This document shows positions 19,479 through 27,904 of a stretch of 32,000 nucleotides of DNA, one piece after another (within the stretch, counting starts at the first letter, position 1; the number at the start of each line of letters is the position of its first letter). The notes under the pieces were generated by a model. That model saw nothing but the letters and a program-made list of their open reading frames with translations, did no database searches and was not told where the DNA came from. Source of the stretch: Desulfocapsa sulfexigens DSM 10523 (GTDB lineage Bacteria; Desulfobacterota; Desulfobulbia; Desulfobulbales; Desulfocapsaceae). The position numbers and the translations under genes are program-made. The stretch spans positions 510,001 through 542,000 of the forward strand of contig NC_020304.1 of NCBI RefSeq assembly GCF_000341395.1. Reading direction: 5' to 3'.

Positions 19479-20000
19479 TCAGTGCGTACTACCGTGTCCG
19501 GTGTCCCCTGCGGCGGCACCATGATCTGCTGCTGCAGCATGATGAGCTTTAACCTTGGGAGCCAGGGCTACCTGCATATCAACAATCTGGCAATCGGAAC
19601 GAACAATACTGTTACTGATAAACATTTTATTGTAAAAAGTAAAACTCCCCTTATCGTGAGCTTTCACCGTATCATAGACAACCCATTTATCACGTCCCTT
19701 CTCAACACCAGCCGAATCAAAAAGAGTACAGAGGATAGCTATATTTTTCACATCATCTCCCCCCTTGTTTTCAATAGTAAAGGAGGCATCAACCATCTCA
19801 TTTTTTTGGGCAACCTTGACGTTTGACTGAACAAGAGACACGGAATGAAGTAACTCCGCAGCAGAATCCGAAACTGTTATCTCCGGTAGCAGGATTCCTG
19901 CAATTCCGTTCGATGACGCATTAAATTTCGTCACAGCAAAGGCAACGAGACAAAGAACTACTGCACTTAAACCAATGTTTCCCCAGAACTTCCCATTCAT
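19479..20000 (-). CDS. Membrane-anchored protein with a beta-sandwich-like ectodomain and a His/Ala/Gly-rich C-terminal tail
   Basis: The ATG at 20000 is preceded by GGGAGAGGGGG. One TM segment (IGLSAVVLCLVAFAV). The tail is KAHHAAAADHGAAAGDTGHGSTH. The upstream TTG/ATG extension to 20045 is less likely. Confidence 0.6.
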   Translation of the reverse strand: MNGKFWGNIGLSAVVLCLVAFAVTKFNASSNGIAGILLPEITVSDSAAELLHSVSLVQSNVKVAQKNEMVDASFTIENKGGDDVKNIAILCTLFDSAGVEKGRDKWVVYDTVKAHDKGSFTFYNKMFISNSIVRSDCQIVDMQVALAPKVKAHHAAAADHGAAAGDTGHGSTH

Positions 20001-20211
20001 GACACTTCCCCCTCTCCCTGAATAACTAAAGTCATTATGTGACAATGCAAACTTAAAAGACTATTTTATACTGAGATAATTCTGCGATGGCAAGCCTATT
20101 CGTAGGAACCACTCTGTGATTTTGAGCTTTATCCCCCTGGCAGACAATGCTATAAGAAGTGAAAAGGAAGAAAGTGGCGGCTCATACGCAAATACAAAAA
20201 AAGCTGATACT

Positions 20212-20958
20212 ATGGCAATGAAACGAAATAACAGGGATTCCCTCTTTGATGTGGAGCAAATCAACGAGGACTTTATCTTCAACGAACGAGTCGCTCAGGT
20301 ATTTGACGACATGCTCGACAGATCCATACCTTTTTACCATGAAGTCATCCTCTCCATTGCCAGAATTTTCCGTTCCAAACTGAAAAATGGGGACAGCATT
20401 GTTGATCTTGGTTGCGCAACCGGAGCGACTCTCCTAAAGCTCAGCACTCTCCTTGAAGATAAAAAATTCAACTACACAGGTATCGACAGCTCTCCGGCCA
20501 TGCTCGACCAGGCAAGGCTCAAGGCCGAACTTTTCTCAAAACAGGAGCAACTGCATTTTGCTCAGGGAGATATTATTGAAGTGGATCAACCGGGCACCTC
20601 AGCCTTTATCCTCAACTACACTCTACAGTTTGTCCGCCCTCTGCACCGACAGAAATTCCTGGAACGGATCCATGCCAATCTCGCCCCGGGGGGAATCTGC
20701 ATTTTAAGTGAGAAAACCATCTCTCACCATCCTGGACTCAATCGCAGCTACATTGACATCTATCATCAATTCAAAAAAGAGCGCGGTTATTCCGAGCTTG
20801 AGATAGCAAAAAAAAGGGAAGCCCTGGAAAACATACTGATTCCATGCTCCAATGAAGAAAACAAAACAATGCTCCAATCCGCTGGTTTTGTAGAGGTTGA
20901 ACCTTTCTTTCAATGGTTCAACTTTGTCTCCTTTCTTGCCATCAAACCAATTTCATAA
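20212..20958 (+). CDS. cmoA: Carboxy-S-adenosyl-L-methionine synthase
   Basis: The N-terminus RDSLFD...DFIFNERVAQVFDDMLDRSIPFY parallels E. coli CmoA (RDTLFS...[23 protein letters not shown]). SAM motif DLGCATGA. It is followed by cmoB. Confidence 0.9.
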   Translation: MAMKRNNRDSLFDVEQINEDFIFNERVAQVFDDMLDRSIPFYHEVILSIARIFRSKLKNGDSIVDLGCATGATLLKLSTLLEDKKFNYTGIDSSPAMLDQARLKAELFSKQEQLHFAQGDIIEVDQPGTSAFILNYTLQFVRPLHRQKFLERIHANLAPGGICILSEKTISHHPGLNRSYIDIYHQFKKERGYSELEIAKKREALENILIPCSNEENKTMLQSAGFVEVEPFFQWFNFVSFLAIKPIS

Positions 20959-20968
20959 AGATCTCACC

Positions 20969-21928
20969 ATGGGTTACATCGACCAACTCCCACCGAGTGC
21001 CAAAATCGACAAAATCATCCAGCTCCATAACGAGAAACAAACATGGATAAACCAGGACAAAAAAGGTTTTCTCCGCTACCGACGTCCTTCCGAAGCCCTG
21101 CAGGAGTTTTCCGCAACAACTGTTAACTGCAGTCTCGATGCGGTTAAAATTGGCGCTGAACATGAAATCTCACCACATGACCGGCAAACCATAGAGTCCC
21201 ACCTGCGCACCTTCTGCCCCTGGCGAAAAGGTCCATTTTCAATCTTTGGCATTGATGTTGATTCGGAATGGCAAAGCCAGCGAAAATGGCAACGGGTACT
21301 CCCCAAACTTCCTGACTTGAAGAATAAAGTAGTCGCTGACATTGGCTGCAGCAATGGTTATTACATGTTTCGCATGGTTCCGTACCAGCCAAAACTGGTC
21401 ATCGGCCTGGAACCATCTGTCCAGCATTACTACTGTTTCAAGGGATTAAACGGCATGGCAGGTCAGGCCAACCTGGAAATTGACCTGCTAGGAGTGGAGC
21501 ACCTGCCATTGTTTCCAGAGTGCTTTGATGTGCTGTTTCTTATGGGAGTCATCTATCACCGGAGTTCTCCGGTGGATACCCTGCGCGATGTCTTTTGTGC
21601 ATTAAAAAACGGAGGGACTCTCATTCTTGAATCTCAAGCCATCCCCGGGACAAGCGAAACAGCCCTCTTCCCTGAAAAAACCTATGCAAAGGTACCTGGA
21701 ACCTATTTTGTTCCCACTGGTCATTGCCTCAAGAACTGGCTCCTTCGCGCCGGATTTTCAGACGTTGAGCTCTTCTGCCAGCATCCCATGTCCAGCATGG
21801 AACAACGCCGAACAGAGTGGATGGAATTTGAATCCTACTCCGACTTTATTGACCCTCTGGAACCGGCTAAAACGATAGAAGGCTATCCAGCTCCAGACCG
21901 GGTGTTCCTTAGAGGCTGGAAAAAGTAA
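20969..21928 (+). CDS. cmoB: tRNA U34 carboxymethyltransferase
   Basis: FCPWRKGPF, DIGCSNGYY, GVIYHRSSP, RRTEWM and EGYPAP motifs are collinear with E. coli CmoB. The ATG at 20969 fits the expected length. Confidence 0.92.
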   Translation: MGYIDQLPPSAKIDKIIQLHNEKQTWINQDKKGFLRYRRPSEALQEFSATTVNCSLDAVKIGAEHEISPHDRQTIESHLRTFCPWRKGPFSIFGIDVDSEWQSQRKWQRVLPKLPDLKNKVVADIGCSNGYYMFRMVPYQPKLVIGLEPSVQHYYCFKGLNGMAGQANLEIDLLGVEHLPLFPECFDVLFLMGVIYHRSSPVDTLRDVFCALKNGGTLILESQAIPGTSETALFPEKTYAKVPGTYFVPTGHCLKNWLLRAGFSDVELFCQHPMSSMEQRRTEWMEFESYSDFIDPLEPAKTIEGYPAPDRVFLRGWKK

Positions 21929-22037
21929 CCAGTTATGCCAGCTTTTCTTGCCTTTGGTTGCAGGTATGGTAAACTCACTGGTAATTGTTTTTTTAGACGT
22001 AATGGTTTCGTAACACCTCATTTGCAGGGAGCAGATA

Positions 22038-22598
22038 ATGGATAAAAAGAAATGTACACTCTACAGTGGTGGCCTTAAGGGTGCCGAGGCAACTTTTGGT
22101 GAATCAGCCGAAAAACACGGCATCAAAGAAATTATATTTACCTTTGAGGGTCACAAACTTAACCGCAACAAAAACTCTGTAACCCTCTCCAAAGAAGAAT
22201 TGGAACGTGGTGACATCTCCATGGAACTGGCATCACGGATGCTCAACCGTACCTACTACGAAACTGAAAAAATTCGCAAAGTCCTGCAGACCATTTTCCA
22301 CATGGTTAACAACGGCCATCAGGTCTTTGTTATCGGATCAATAATGGATGACAATTCTGTAAAAGGTGGAACAGGCTGGGCCGTCGAACTGGCCAAGCTC
22401 TTTAACCGTCCACTCCATGTTTTCGACCAGCCCAAAAAACAGTGGTTCACCTGGAAAGAAGGCGCATGGAAGGAAGACAGTCCCCTCATCGAATACGACA
22501 CCTTTGTCGGATCGGGAACCCGTTACCTGAGTGATGCAGGACGTGAAGCAATCGAAGCCCTGTTCACTGATTCCTGTGCAGCAAAGCAAGAGAAATAA
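22038..22598 (+). CDS. Hypothetical protein, possibly a SLOG (Smf/DprA-LOG)-like Rossmannoid fold
   Basis: An AGGGAG RBS is present. The N-terminal glycine-rich strand-loop is LYSGGLKGAEATFGE, and a later segment reads VFVIGS...KGGTGWAVELAK, reminiscent of SLOG/LOG/DprA motifs. The fold assignment is by eye only. Confidence 0.6.
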   Translation: MDKKKCTLYSGGLKGAEATFGESAEKHGIKEIIFTFEGHKLNRNKNSVTLSKEELERGDISMELASRMLNRTYYETEKIRKVLQTIFHMVNNGHQVFVIGSIMDDNSVKGGTGWAVELAKLFNRPLHVFDQPKKQWFTWKEGAWKEDSPLIEYDTFVGSGTRYLSDAGREAIEALFTDSCAAKQEK

Positions 22599-22600
22599 CC

Positions 22601-22942
22601 ATGACCACAGACTGTCTTTTTTGTAAAATTGCGGCCGGGCACATCCCTGCTGAGAAACTCTACGAAGACGATGAGCTGCTTGCCTTTCGTGACATTGCCC
22701 CTCAGGCTCCCGTCCATTTCCTGGTGATCCCCAAAAAACATATCCAGGATCCGACAGGGGTTGCAAAGGAGGACGAGGGGCTTATCGGCAGGATGATGCG
22801 AACTGGCTCAAAAGTCGCCAGAGAAAATGGTATTACAGATTTCCGCCTTGTGTTTAACAATGGAGCAGAGGCCGGACAGACCGTCTTCCATATCCATATG
22901 CATGTATTGGGTGGCAGGTCCCTGAACTGGCCTCCAGGATAA
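22601..22942 (+). CDS. HIT-family (HinT-like) nucleotide hydrolase/phosphoramidase
   Basis: Histidine triad HIHMHVLGG. N-terminal CLFCKI. 113 aa. The start is 2 nt after the upstream stop. Confidence 0.92.
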   Translation: MTTDCLFCKIAAGHIPAEKLYEDDELLAFRDIAPQAPVHFLVIPKKHIQDPTGVAKEDEGLIGRMMRTGSKVARENGITDFRLVFNNGAEAGQTVFHIHMHVLGGRSLNWPPG

Positions 22943-22960
22943 TCCCCCTGGGGAAGGGGG

Positions 22961-24811
22961 CTACTTAACGTTTCCTTTTTGGGCCTCCAGCTCGTCCCAG
23001 CGCTCATACAGGGCTTCCACATCCATTTTAGCCTGCTCCAGATCTGCCCAGACAGACTCCAGCAACTGTGGGTCTGCCACGGTTTCTGGAGAATCCATAA
23101 TACGCTGTAAACGCTCCTGCTCTTCCTCTCCCTCCATGATTTTCTCTTCTATCCGGTCATATTCCCGCTGATCCATATACGAAAGTTTGCCTGGCTTCTT
23201 TTGCTTTTCTTTTTTTGGAACATCACCGGGAACCTGGTGAGCAGGTGAAGAAGAGCCACTCTTTTCATTTCTCTTGAGATCCGCCAGCCACTGTTCATAA
23301 TCCGCGTAGAAAGCAACAGCACCACTGCCGTCAAAACCGAGCACCTGATCACATACGGAATCCAGAAGAAAACGATCGTGACTCACCAGAACAAGCGCTC
23401 CCGGGAAATCAAGCAAACTCTCCTCCAGAATATCCAGTGACGGAATATCAAGATCATTGGTAGGCTCATCGAGCAGCAGTATATCAGCCGGTTGCCGCAT
23501 AAGTTCTGCAATCAAAATACGCGCCTGTTCTCCACCGGACAACTGCCCAACAGGAGTCTCCAGTTGATCAGCGCGAAAAAGAAAGCGCTGCGCCCAGGAC
23601 ACCACATGATACGAGGACTCCCTGAACATAATCGAATCTCCGTCTGGGGCGAGAGCCTGACGGAGGGTTATCGCAGGATCAATGGTCTCACGTTTCTGGT
23701 CAAAACTGACAATTCGTATTCCTGGTGCCGTACTTACCGTTCCACTATCTGCCTTAAGCCCATCATCTTCTGTGCTTGCAGCTATAATCTTCATCAGTGT
23801 GGACTTTCCACAACCGTTCCTTCCCAGCAGGCCAAGGCGGCTGCCGGGTGAGAGAACCATATCAAGGTTACTGAAGAGAGTCCGTCCATCATAACTTTTA
23901 GCAATCCCTTCAGCCTCAAATAGTTTCTTTGTTTTTCTCCCTGTTGCATCAAAATCTATGCGAACCTGTTTTATGGATCTATTCCTGTTTTTCACCTCTG
24001 TCAGTTGTGCCTGAAGCTTATGAGCCTCGTCAATTCGATAGCGGGCCTTGGTTGCTCGTGCCTTGGGACCACGGCTAAGCCACTCGGCCTCACGTCTCAT
24101 TTTGTTTGCCAGACGGTCTTCCAGTTGCTGCTGCTGCTCGAGAAACTGAACTCTGGCCCGAACAAAATCGGAATACCCGCCATCCACAGCCAGTGCTCCC
24201 TGAGGGTAGACGGCAGAGAGCTCCACAACCCTGTGGGCTACATTTTGGAGAAAGCGCCGATCATGACTAACCAGTATGAACGCATCGGGACTCTTGGGAA
24301 GGGCACCGGACAACATTCTTTCCAGCCAGATTACTCCTTCAATATCAAGATGGTTTGTGGGTTCATCCATGACAAGGATATCGGGCTGCACCACAAAACT
24401 ACGACAAATGGCGAGCCTCTTGCGCCAGCCACCGGAAAGCAGCTCAACCGCTACACTTGAATCGGGAAATTCAGCACGGGAAAGCAGAGCCTGCACCCTG
24501 TTGTAGCGTTCGATCTCATCCAAATCAAGTGAGTCCAGTGCCGCCTCAAGATTTTCTTCAATACTGGCATGCTCCATAAAGACATCTGCTTGAGCAAGAT
24601 AGGCAGTACGTATATTTTTTCGTACCACAACCTTCCCTTCGTCGGGATCCAGCCGGCCGCAGAGTATTTTTAAAAGAGTAGACTTGCCACTTCCATTTGG
24701 TCCGATGAGGCCGACACGGTCACCTTTATGTATAACAAAATCAATATGTTCAAAAAGGCGCTGGGAGCCAAAAGATTTTCCCAGATCCTGACAGGCTAGT
24801 AGATGAGACAT
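22961..24811 (-). CDS. ABC-F family ATPase (Uup-like, no TM domain, C-terminal coiled coil)
   Basis: Two Walker A motifs (GPNGSGKST, GRNGCGKST). Two signature motifs (LSGGWRKR, LSGGEQAR). Charged inter-domain linker and C-terminal coiled coil. The ATG at 24811 is preferred; a GTG alternative lies at 24820. Confidence 0.92.
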   Translation of the reverse strand: MSHLLACQDLGKSFGSQRLFEHIDFVIHKGDRVGLIGPNGSGKSTLLKILCGRLDPDEGKVVVRKNIRTAYLAQADVFMEHASIEENLEAALDSLDLDEIERYNRVQALLSRAEFPDSSVAVELLSGGWRKRLAICRSFVVQPDILVMDEPTNHLDIEGVIWLERMLSGALPKSPDAFILVSHDRRFLQNVAHRVVELSAVYPQGALAVDGGYSDFVRARVQFLEQQQQLEDRLANKMRREAEWLSRGPKARATKARYRIDEAHKLQAQLTEVKNRNRSIKQVRIDFDATGRKTKKLFEAEGIAKSYDGRTLFSNLDMVLSPGSRLGLLGRNGCGKSTLMKIIAASTEDDGLKADSGTVSTAPGIRIVSFDQKRETIDPAITLRQALAPDGDSIMFRESSYHVVSWAQRFLFRADQLETPVGQLSGGEQARILIAELMRQPADILLLDEPTNDLDIPSLDILEESLLDFPGALVLVSHDRFLLDSVCDQVLGFDGSGAVAFYADYEQWLADLKRNEKSGSSSPAHQVPGDVPKKEKQKKPGKLSYMDQREYDRIEEKIMEGEEEQERLQRIMDSPETVADPQLLESVWADLEQAKMDVEALYERWDELEAQKGNVK

Positions 24812-25003
24812 AGAATTCACTCAAAATTGAAAGAAAGTAATGAAAACATGGGCAAATGGACAACCAGTATACCCATTTTTTATTGAAATTTTATCAACCA
24901 CTGACTATAAAGACTGGTGACTGGGAAGAAGCTACTCAAGGGCAACCATAAAGCTGCACGCCTCAGGCTATTCTGCATATACAATAATACCCATCAAATC
25001 GCA

Positions 25004-26002
25004 ATGAGTGACCGCTTACATATTATTATCACGGGTGATGAAGGGAAGGCTCAGAGCTTTCTCTTCTCCAAACGCAGGCTTAAAACCGCCTGCTTTCTGA
25101 CTGCTTCACTTTTTATCACCCTGACTGTTATCAGTTACAATGCCTATCATTTCTTCAACACCAATAAGGCATTGAACAATCAAGTAACCGAGCTCAACAG
25201 AGAACTCCAGAAAAGTAATCGCCTGAAACACAGTCTTGCATTAAAGGTTCAGGATCTTCAGGAACTAAACAGCAATCAGGCGGAAGATTTTCAGCAGGAA
25301 AAGACAACTCTTCTCAATACCGCAGTCTCTGAGCTGGAAGAACGCAGCAGCATGATTGAGCGAATCATGAGCAACATTGGCATTGAAGTAAAGGACGTGG
25401 TAGAAGACAGAAACAACTCAGGTGGTCCCTTTCTCGCACCACGAGATTCTGCAGGGACAGACCTCGTCTACCGTTCCGACCGCTACATGGAAACTATAAA
25501 CTTTCTGCCTCTTGGTCGCCCAATACCAGGTCCTGTCACATCAGCATTTGGTCATCGCACAGATCCGGTAAATGGAAAGAAAGGATACCATTCTGGTGTA
25601 GATATGCGTGGCCGTTATGGTCAGAAAGTCGTTGCCACTGCTGACGGTATTGTCAAAAAAGCCTTCTTCAACGGTAGCTATGGGAAATACGTGGAGATCA
25701 ACCATGGAAACGGCTACACCACCAAGTTTGCACATATGAAAAAGATTCTTGTCAAACGTGGGGACAGGGTAAAACGCGGCCAGGCTATTGGAACCGTAGG
25801 AAACAGTGGCCGCTCCACCGGACCTCACCTTCATTATGAAGTATGCCTTGACAAACAGCCAATCAACCCCAGCAAATTTCTGAAAGTCAACAAGCTCTAC
25901 CAGCCCGTAATTATCTCACAGTTAAATGCCAAAAAAAAACATAACGTCTCACTAACGGCAAAAAACGAACACTCTGCATCTTCTGATACTTCGGAGAACT
26001 AA
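25004..26002 (+). CDS. M23-family peptidoglycan metalloendopeptidase with N-terminal TM anchor and coiled coil
   Basis: HSGVDM (HxxxD) and GNSGRSTGPHLHYEV (HxH) zinc motifs. TM segment CFLTASLFITLTVISY. The ATG at 25004 is preferred over the GTG at 24917. Confidence 0.9.
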   Translation: MSDRLHIIITGDEGKAQSFLFSKRRLKTACFLTASLFITLTVISYNAYHFFNTNKALNNQVTELNRELQKSNRLKHSLALKVQDLQELNSNQAEDFQQEKTTLLNTAVSELEERSSMIERIMSNIGIEVKDVVEDRNNSGGPFLAPRDSAGTDLVYRSDRYMETINFLPLGRPIPGPVTSAFGHRTDPVNGKKGYHSGVDMRGRYGQKVVATADGIVKKAFFNGSYGKYVEINHGNGYTTKFAHMKKILVKRGDRVKRGQAIGTVGNSGRSTGPHLHYEVCLDKQPINPSKFLKVNKLYQPVIISQLNAKKKHNVSLTAKNEHSASSDTSEN

Positions 26003-26003
26003 G

Positions 26004-26426
26004 GTGGCCCTATTCAACAAAAAAGACAGCTTTGAACAGGAAAGTGAAAAAGCTGACAAAGAAGTTATTTCTTCCATCATTGACTCCCGAATGACCATCA
26101 AGGGGGAGTTAGTGTTTGAGGGCAAAGCCCGAATTGACGGCACCATTGAGGGAAACATCCAAGGTGAGCATCTAATTCTCAGCGAAGGCGGAAAAATCAA
26201 TGGCAACGTAAAGGTCGCAACCTTTGTCTGCCACGGGACGCTCAAGGGAGATGTGAGGGCTAGCATGGTTACAGCTCGTAAAACATGCCAGATTCAAGGA
26301 CTTATCGAGAGCAACAGCCTCAGCGTGGAACCAGGTGCAGGACTCAGCGGAGAAATGAAGGTGGCAAGCAAAGATCTCCATTTGGTGAGCACCGAAACCG
26401 GTGACACCCACTCTGTAAACGGTTGA
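26004..26426 (+). CDS. Bactofilin (polymer-forming cytoskeletal protein, DUF583)
   Basis: Repetitive beta-helix pattern (IKGELVFEGKARIDGTIEGNIQGEHLILSEGGKINGNVKV...GTLKGDV...IQGLIES). The GTG start is 1 nt after the M23 stop, with GGAG 7 nt upstream. Confidence 0.85.
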   Translation: MALFNKKDSFEQESEKADKEVISSIIDSRMTIKGELVFEGKARIDGTIEGNIQGEHLILSEGGKINGNVKVATFVCHGTLKGDVRASMVTARKTCQIQGLIESNSLSVEPGAGLSGEMKVASKDLHLVSTETGDTHSVNG

Positions 26427-26436
26427 AATATTCTCC

Positions 26437-26682
26437 ATGCAGCCAAAGGATCTCCCAAGCCCGGCCAATAGAATAGTTTGTCCTGAATGCGGAAATGATG
26501 AAGAATTCTACGAAGTCGCAGAAAATGCGATCATCACCACACTCTACATCCAAAATAGTGACGGAAGCTTCACTCCTCAGGAAGACACATCTCAAGTACT
26601 TGGGAACATAAGACTTATCTGCGGGCAGTGCAACGAAGACCTCACAATGTTCCATCAACGTTTCTCGGAAATGCTCTTTTGA
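26437..26682 (+). CDS. Small zinc-ribbon-like protein, 81 aa, with two CxxC pairs
   Basis: CPEC (residues 15-18) and CGQC (62-65). Starts 10 nt after the bactofilin stop. Its stop overlaps a candidate start of the ATP-grasp gene. Confidence 0.6.
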   Translation: MQPKDLPSPANRIVCPECGNDEEFYEVAENAIITTLYIQNSDGSFTPQEDTSQVLGNIRLICGQCNEDLTMFHQRFSEMLF

Positions 26683-27452
26683 CCAGACACCCCCGTGTTA
26701 TCACCAGCAATCGGGAGTTCCCCGAACGCCTCCATACCCTTTCAGGCGGTGATATCATTGCCTGTCGACTTCGCCTGAAGTACGCAGAAGAGCACCTGCT
26801 CCTGGACATGCTAGAACGGGGAGTACAGCTCATCCCATCGGCCTCATCACAACTCGCCAGCCGCTCCAAAACATTCCAGGCCCGTTTATTCAGTCATTTC
26901 ATGATACCCCACACTGTTGTCATCTATGACATCCATGGGCTTCTCGCTACTGTCTCCCTTTACGGTCGACATTCAATCGGAAAGGTTATCCTGAAACACG
27001 ATCGTAAAAATGCAGGCCTTGGAATCCACCTCTTTCAGGATATCGAGGACGTGTACACCCAGGCAGCGAATAATGTTCTCCCCTATCCATTTGTCCTTCA
27101 GCCTTTTGTTAATAACAGTAGGGACATACGGGTCATCATCCTGAAAGACTACATCGAGGCATATGAACGTAGTAATCCTGATAGCTTTCGTAACAATCTC
27201 CATTGTGGTGGCCAAGCCGCGAGCGTTTCATTAACAAAACACCAGCTCGCCCTATGTCGAAATGTCATGGAACGTGGTTCGTTCCCATACGCACACCTCG
27301 ACCTGATGATCACTGAGAATTCTGAAACATACCTTGCGGAAATCAATTTACGAGGCGGAATAAGAGGTGCTGCCATCGACCCCGGCAGCTATCAAGAGAA
27401 GGTCAAAGCAATAGAAGAGACACTCCTTCAGGACAAATTATCCCCCACCTGA
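26679..27452 (+). CDS. RimK-type ATP-grasp ligase
   Basis: KHDRKNAGLGIHL, QPFVNNSRDIRVIIL, SFRNNLHCGGQA and AHLDLMITENSETYLAEINLRGGIRG are collinear with RimK/ATP-grasp motifs. The start is uncertain. A TTG at 26679 gives a TTGA overlap with the upstream stop. The in-frame upstream start at 26628 used in the ORF track is a TTG (not an ATG) and would overlap the upstream gene by 55 nt. Confidence 0.8.
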   Translation: MTRHPRVITSNREFPERLHTLSGGDIIACRLRLKYAEEHLLLDMLERGVQLIPSASSQLASRSKTFQARLFSHFMIPHTVVIYDIHGLLATVSLYGRHSIGKVILKHDRKNAGLGIHLFQDIEDVYTQAANNVLPYPFVLQPFVNNSRDIRVIILKDYIEAYERSNPDSFRNNLHCGGQAASVSLTKHQLALCRNVMERGSFPYAHLDLMITENSETYLAEINLRGGIRGAAIDPGSYQEKVKAIEETLLQDKLSPT

Positions 27453-27511
27453 AACACTCAGGGGAATAGCTCCAACACACAAGAGCTACAGGTGACGGTG
27501 CCAGTAGGCAC

Positions 27512-27555
27512 AAAAAAAAGCCGTTATCCCTGTTTCAAGGATAACGGCTTTTTTT
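27512..27555. terminator. Bidirectional rho-independent terminator between the ATP-grasp gene (+) and dsrC (-)
   Basis: A8-GCCGTTATCC-(9-nt loop)-GGATAACGGC-T7. This is a perfect 10-bp stem flanked by an A-run and a T-run. Confidence 0.85.
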
Positions 27556-27583
27556 GACTACTGAAACCTTACTCAGTTAGTAA

Positions 27584-27904
27584 TTATACACAACCGGTAG
27601 GTTTAGGAAGACCAGCCATTTTACAGGCACCTTTACCAGGTCCTGATGGGAACAGCTCGTAAATTCTCTTAAGAGGAAAACCGGTAGTCTTGGAGAGAAT
27701 ACGTACCATTGGAGCAATACCGTTTTTCTTGTAGTACTCACGAAGAGCGTCGATTACTTTATGGTGCTCATCGGTAAGCTCTGCAATACCTTCAACACCT
27801 TTTACGTAATCAATCCAATCATCGTTCATGTCATCCATACCATTAAGCAGGAATCCATCTTCATCACAGTTGTAGCTGTTTCCGTTGTGTTCTATTGTAG
27901 GCAT
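27584..27904 (-). CDS. dsrC: DsrC (TusE/DsrC/DsvC family), dissimilatory sulfite reductase-associated sulfur-carrier protein
   Basis: 106 aa. The C-terminal arm GKGACKMAGLPKPTGCV has both conserved cysteines (Cys-x10-Cys-Val), which is diagnostic of bona fide DsrC rather than TusE. A GGAGG RBS lies 7 nt upstream of the ATG. Confidence 0.95.
   Translation of the reverse strand: MPTIEHNGNSYNCDEDGFLLNGMDDMNDDWIDYVKGVEGIAELTDEHHKVIDALREYYKKNGIAPMVRILSKTTGFPLKRIYELFPSGPGKGACKMAGLPKPTGCV

Noticed and set aside
20140-20160. TGGCAGACAATGCT upstream of cmoA, considered as a sigma54 -24/-12 element.
   Set aside because: The GG-to-GC spacing is 2 nt too short.
24940-24955. GG-N10-GC arrangement (GGGCAACCATAAAGCT) about 50 nt upstream of the M23 gene, considered as a sigma54 promoter.
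   Set aside because: Only the invariant dinucleotides match. The flanking TGGCAC/TTGCW consensus bases are missing and no enhancer-binding-protein gene is nearby.
26437-26682. Identifying the Zn-ribbon mini-protein as LysW (amino-group carrier protein).
   Set aside because: It lacks the acidic EDWGE-type C-terminus. The CxxC spacing differs and no lysine or arginine biosynthesis genes are adjacent. Only the architectural analogy is retained as a finding.
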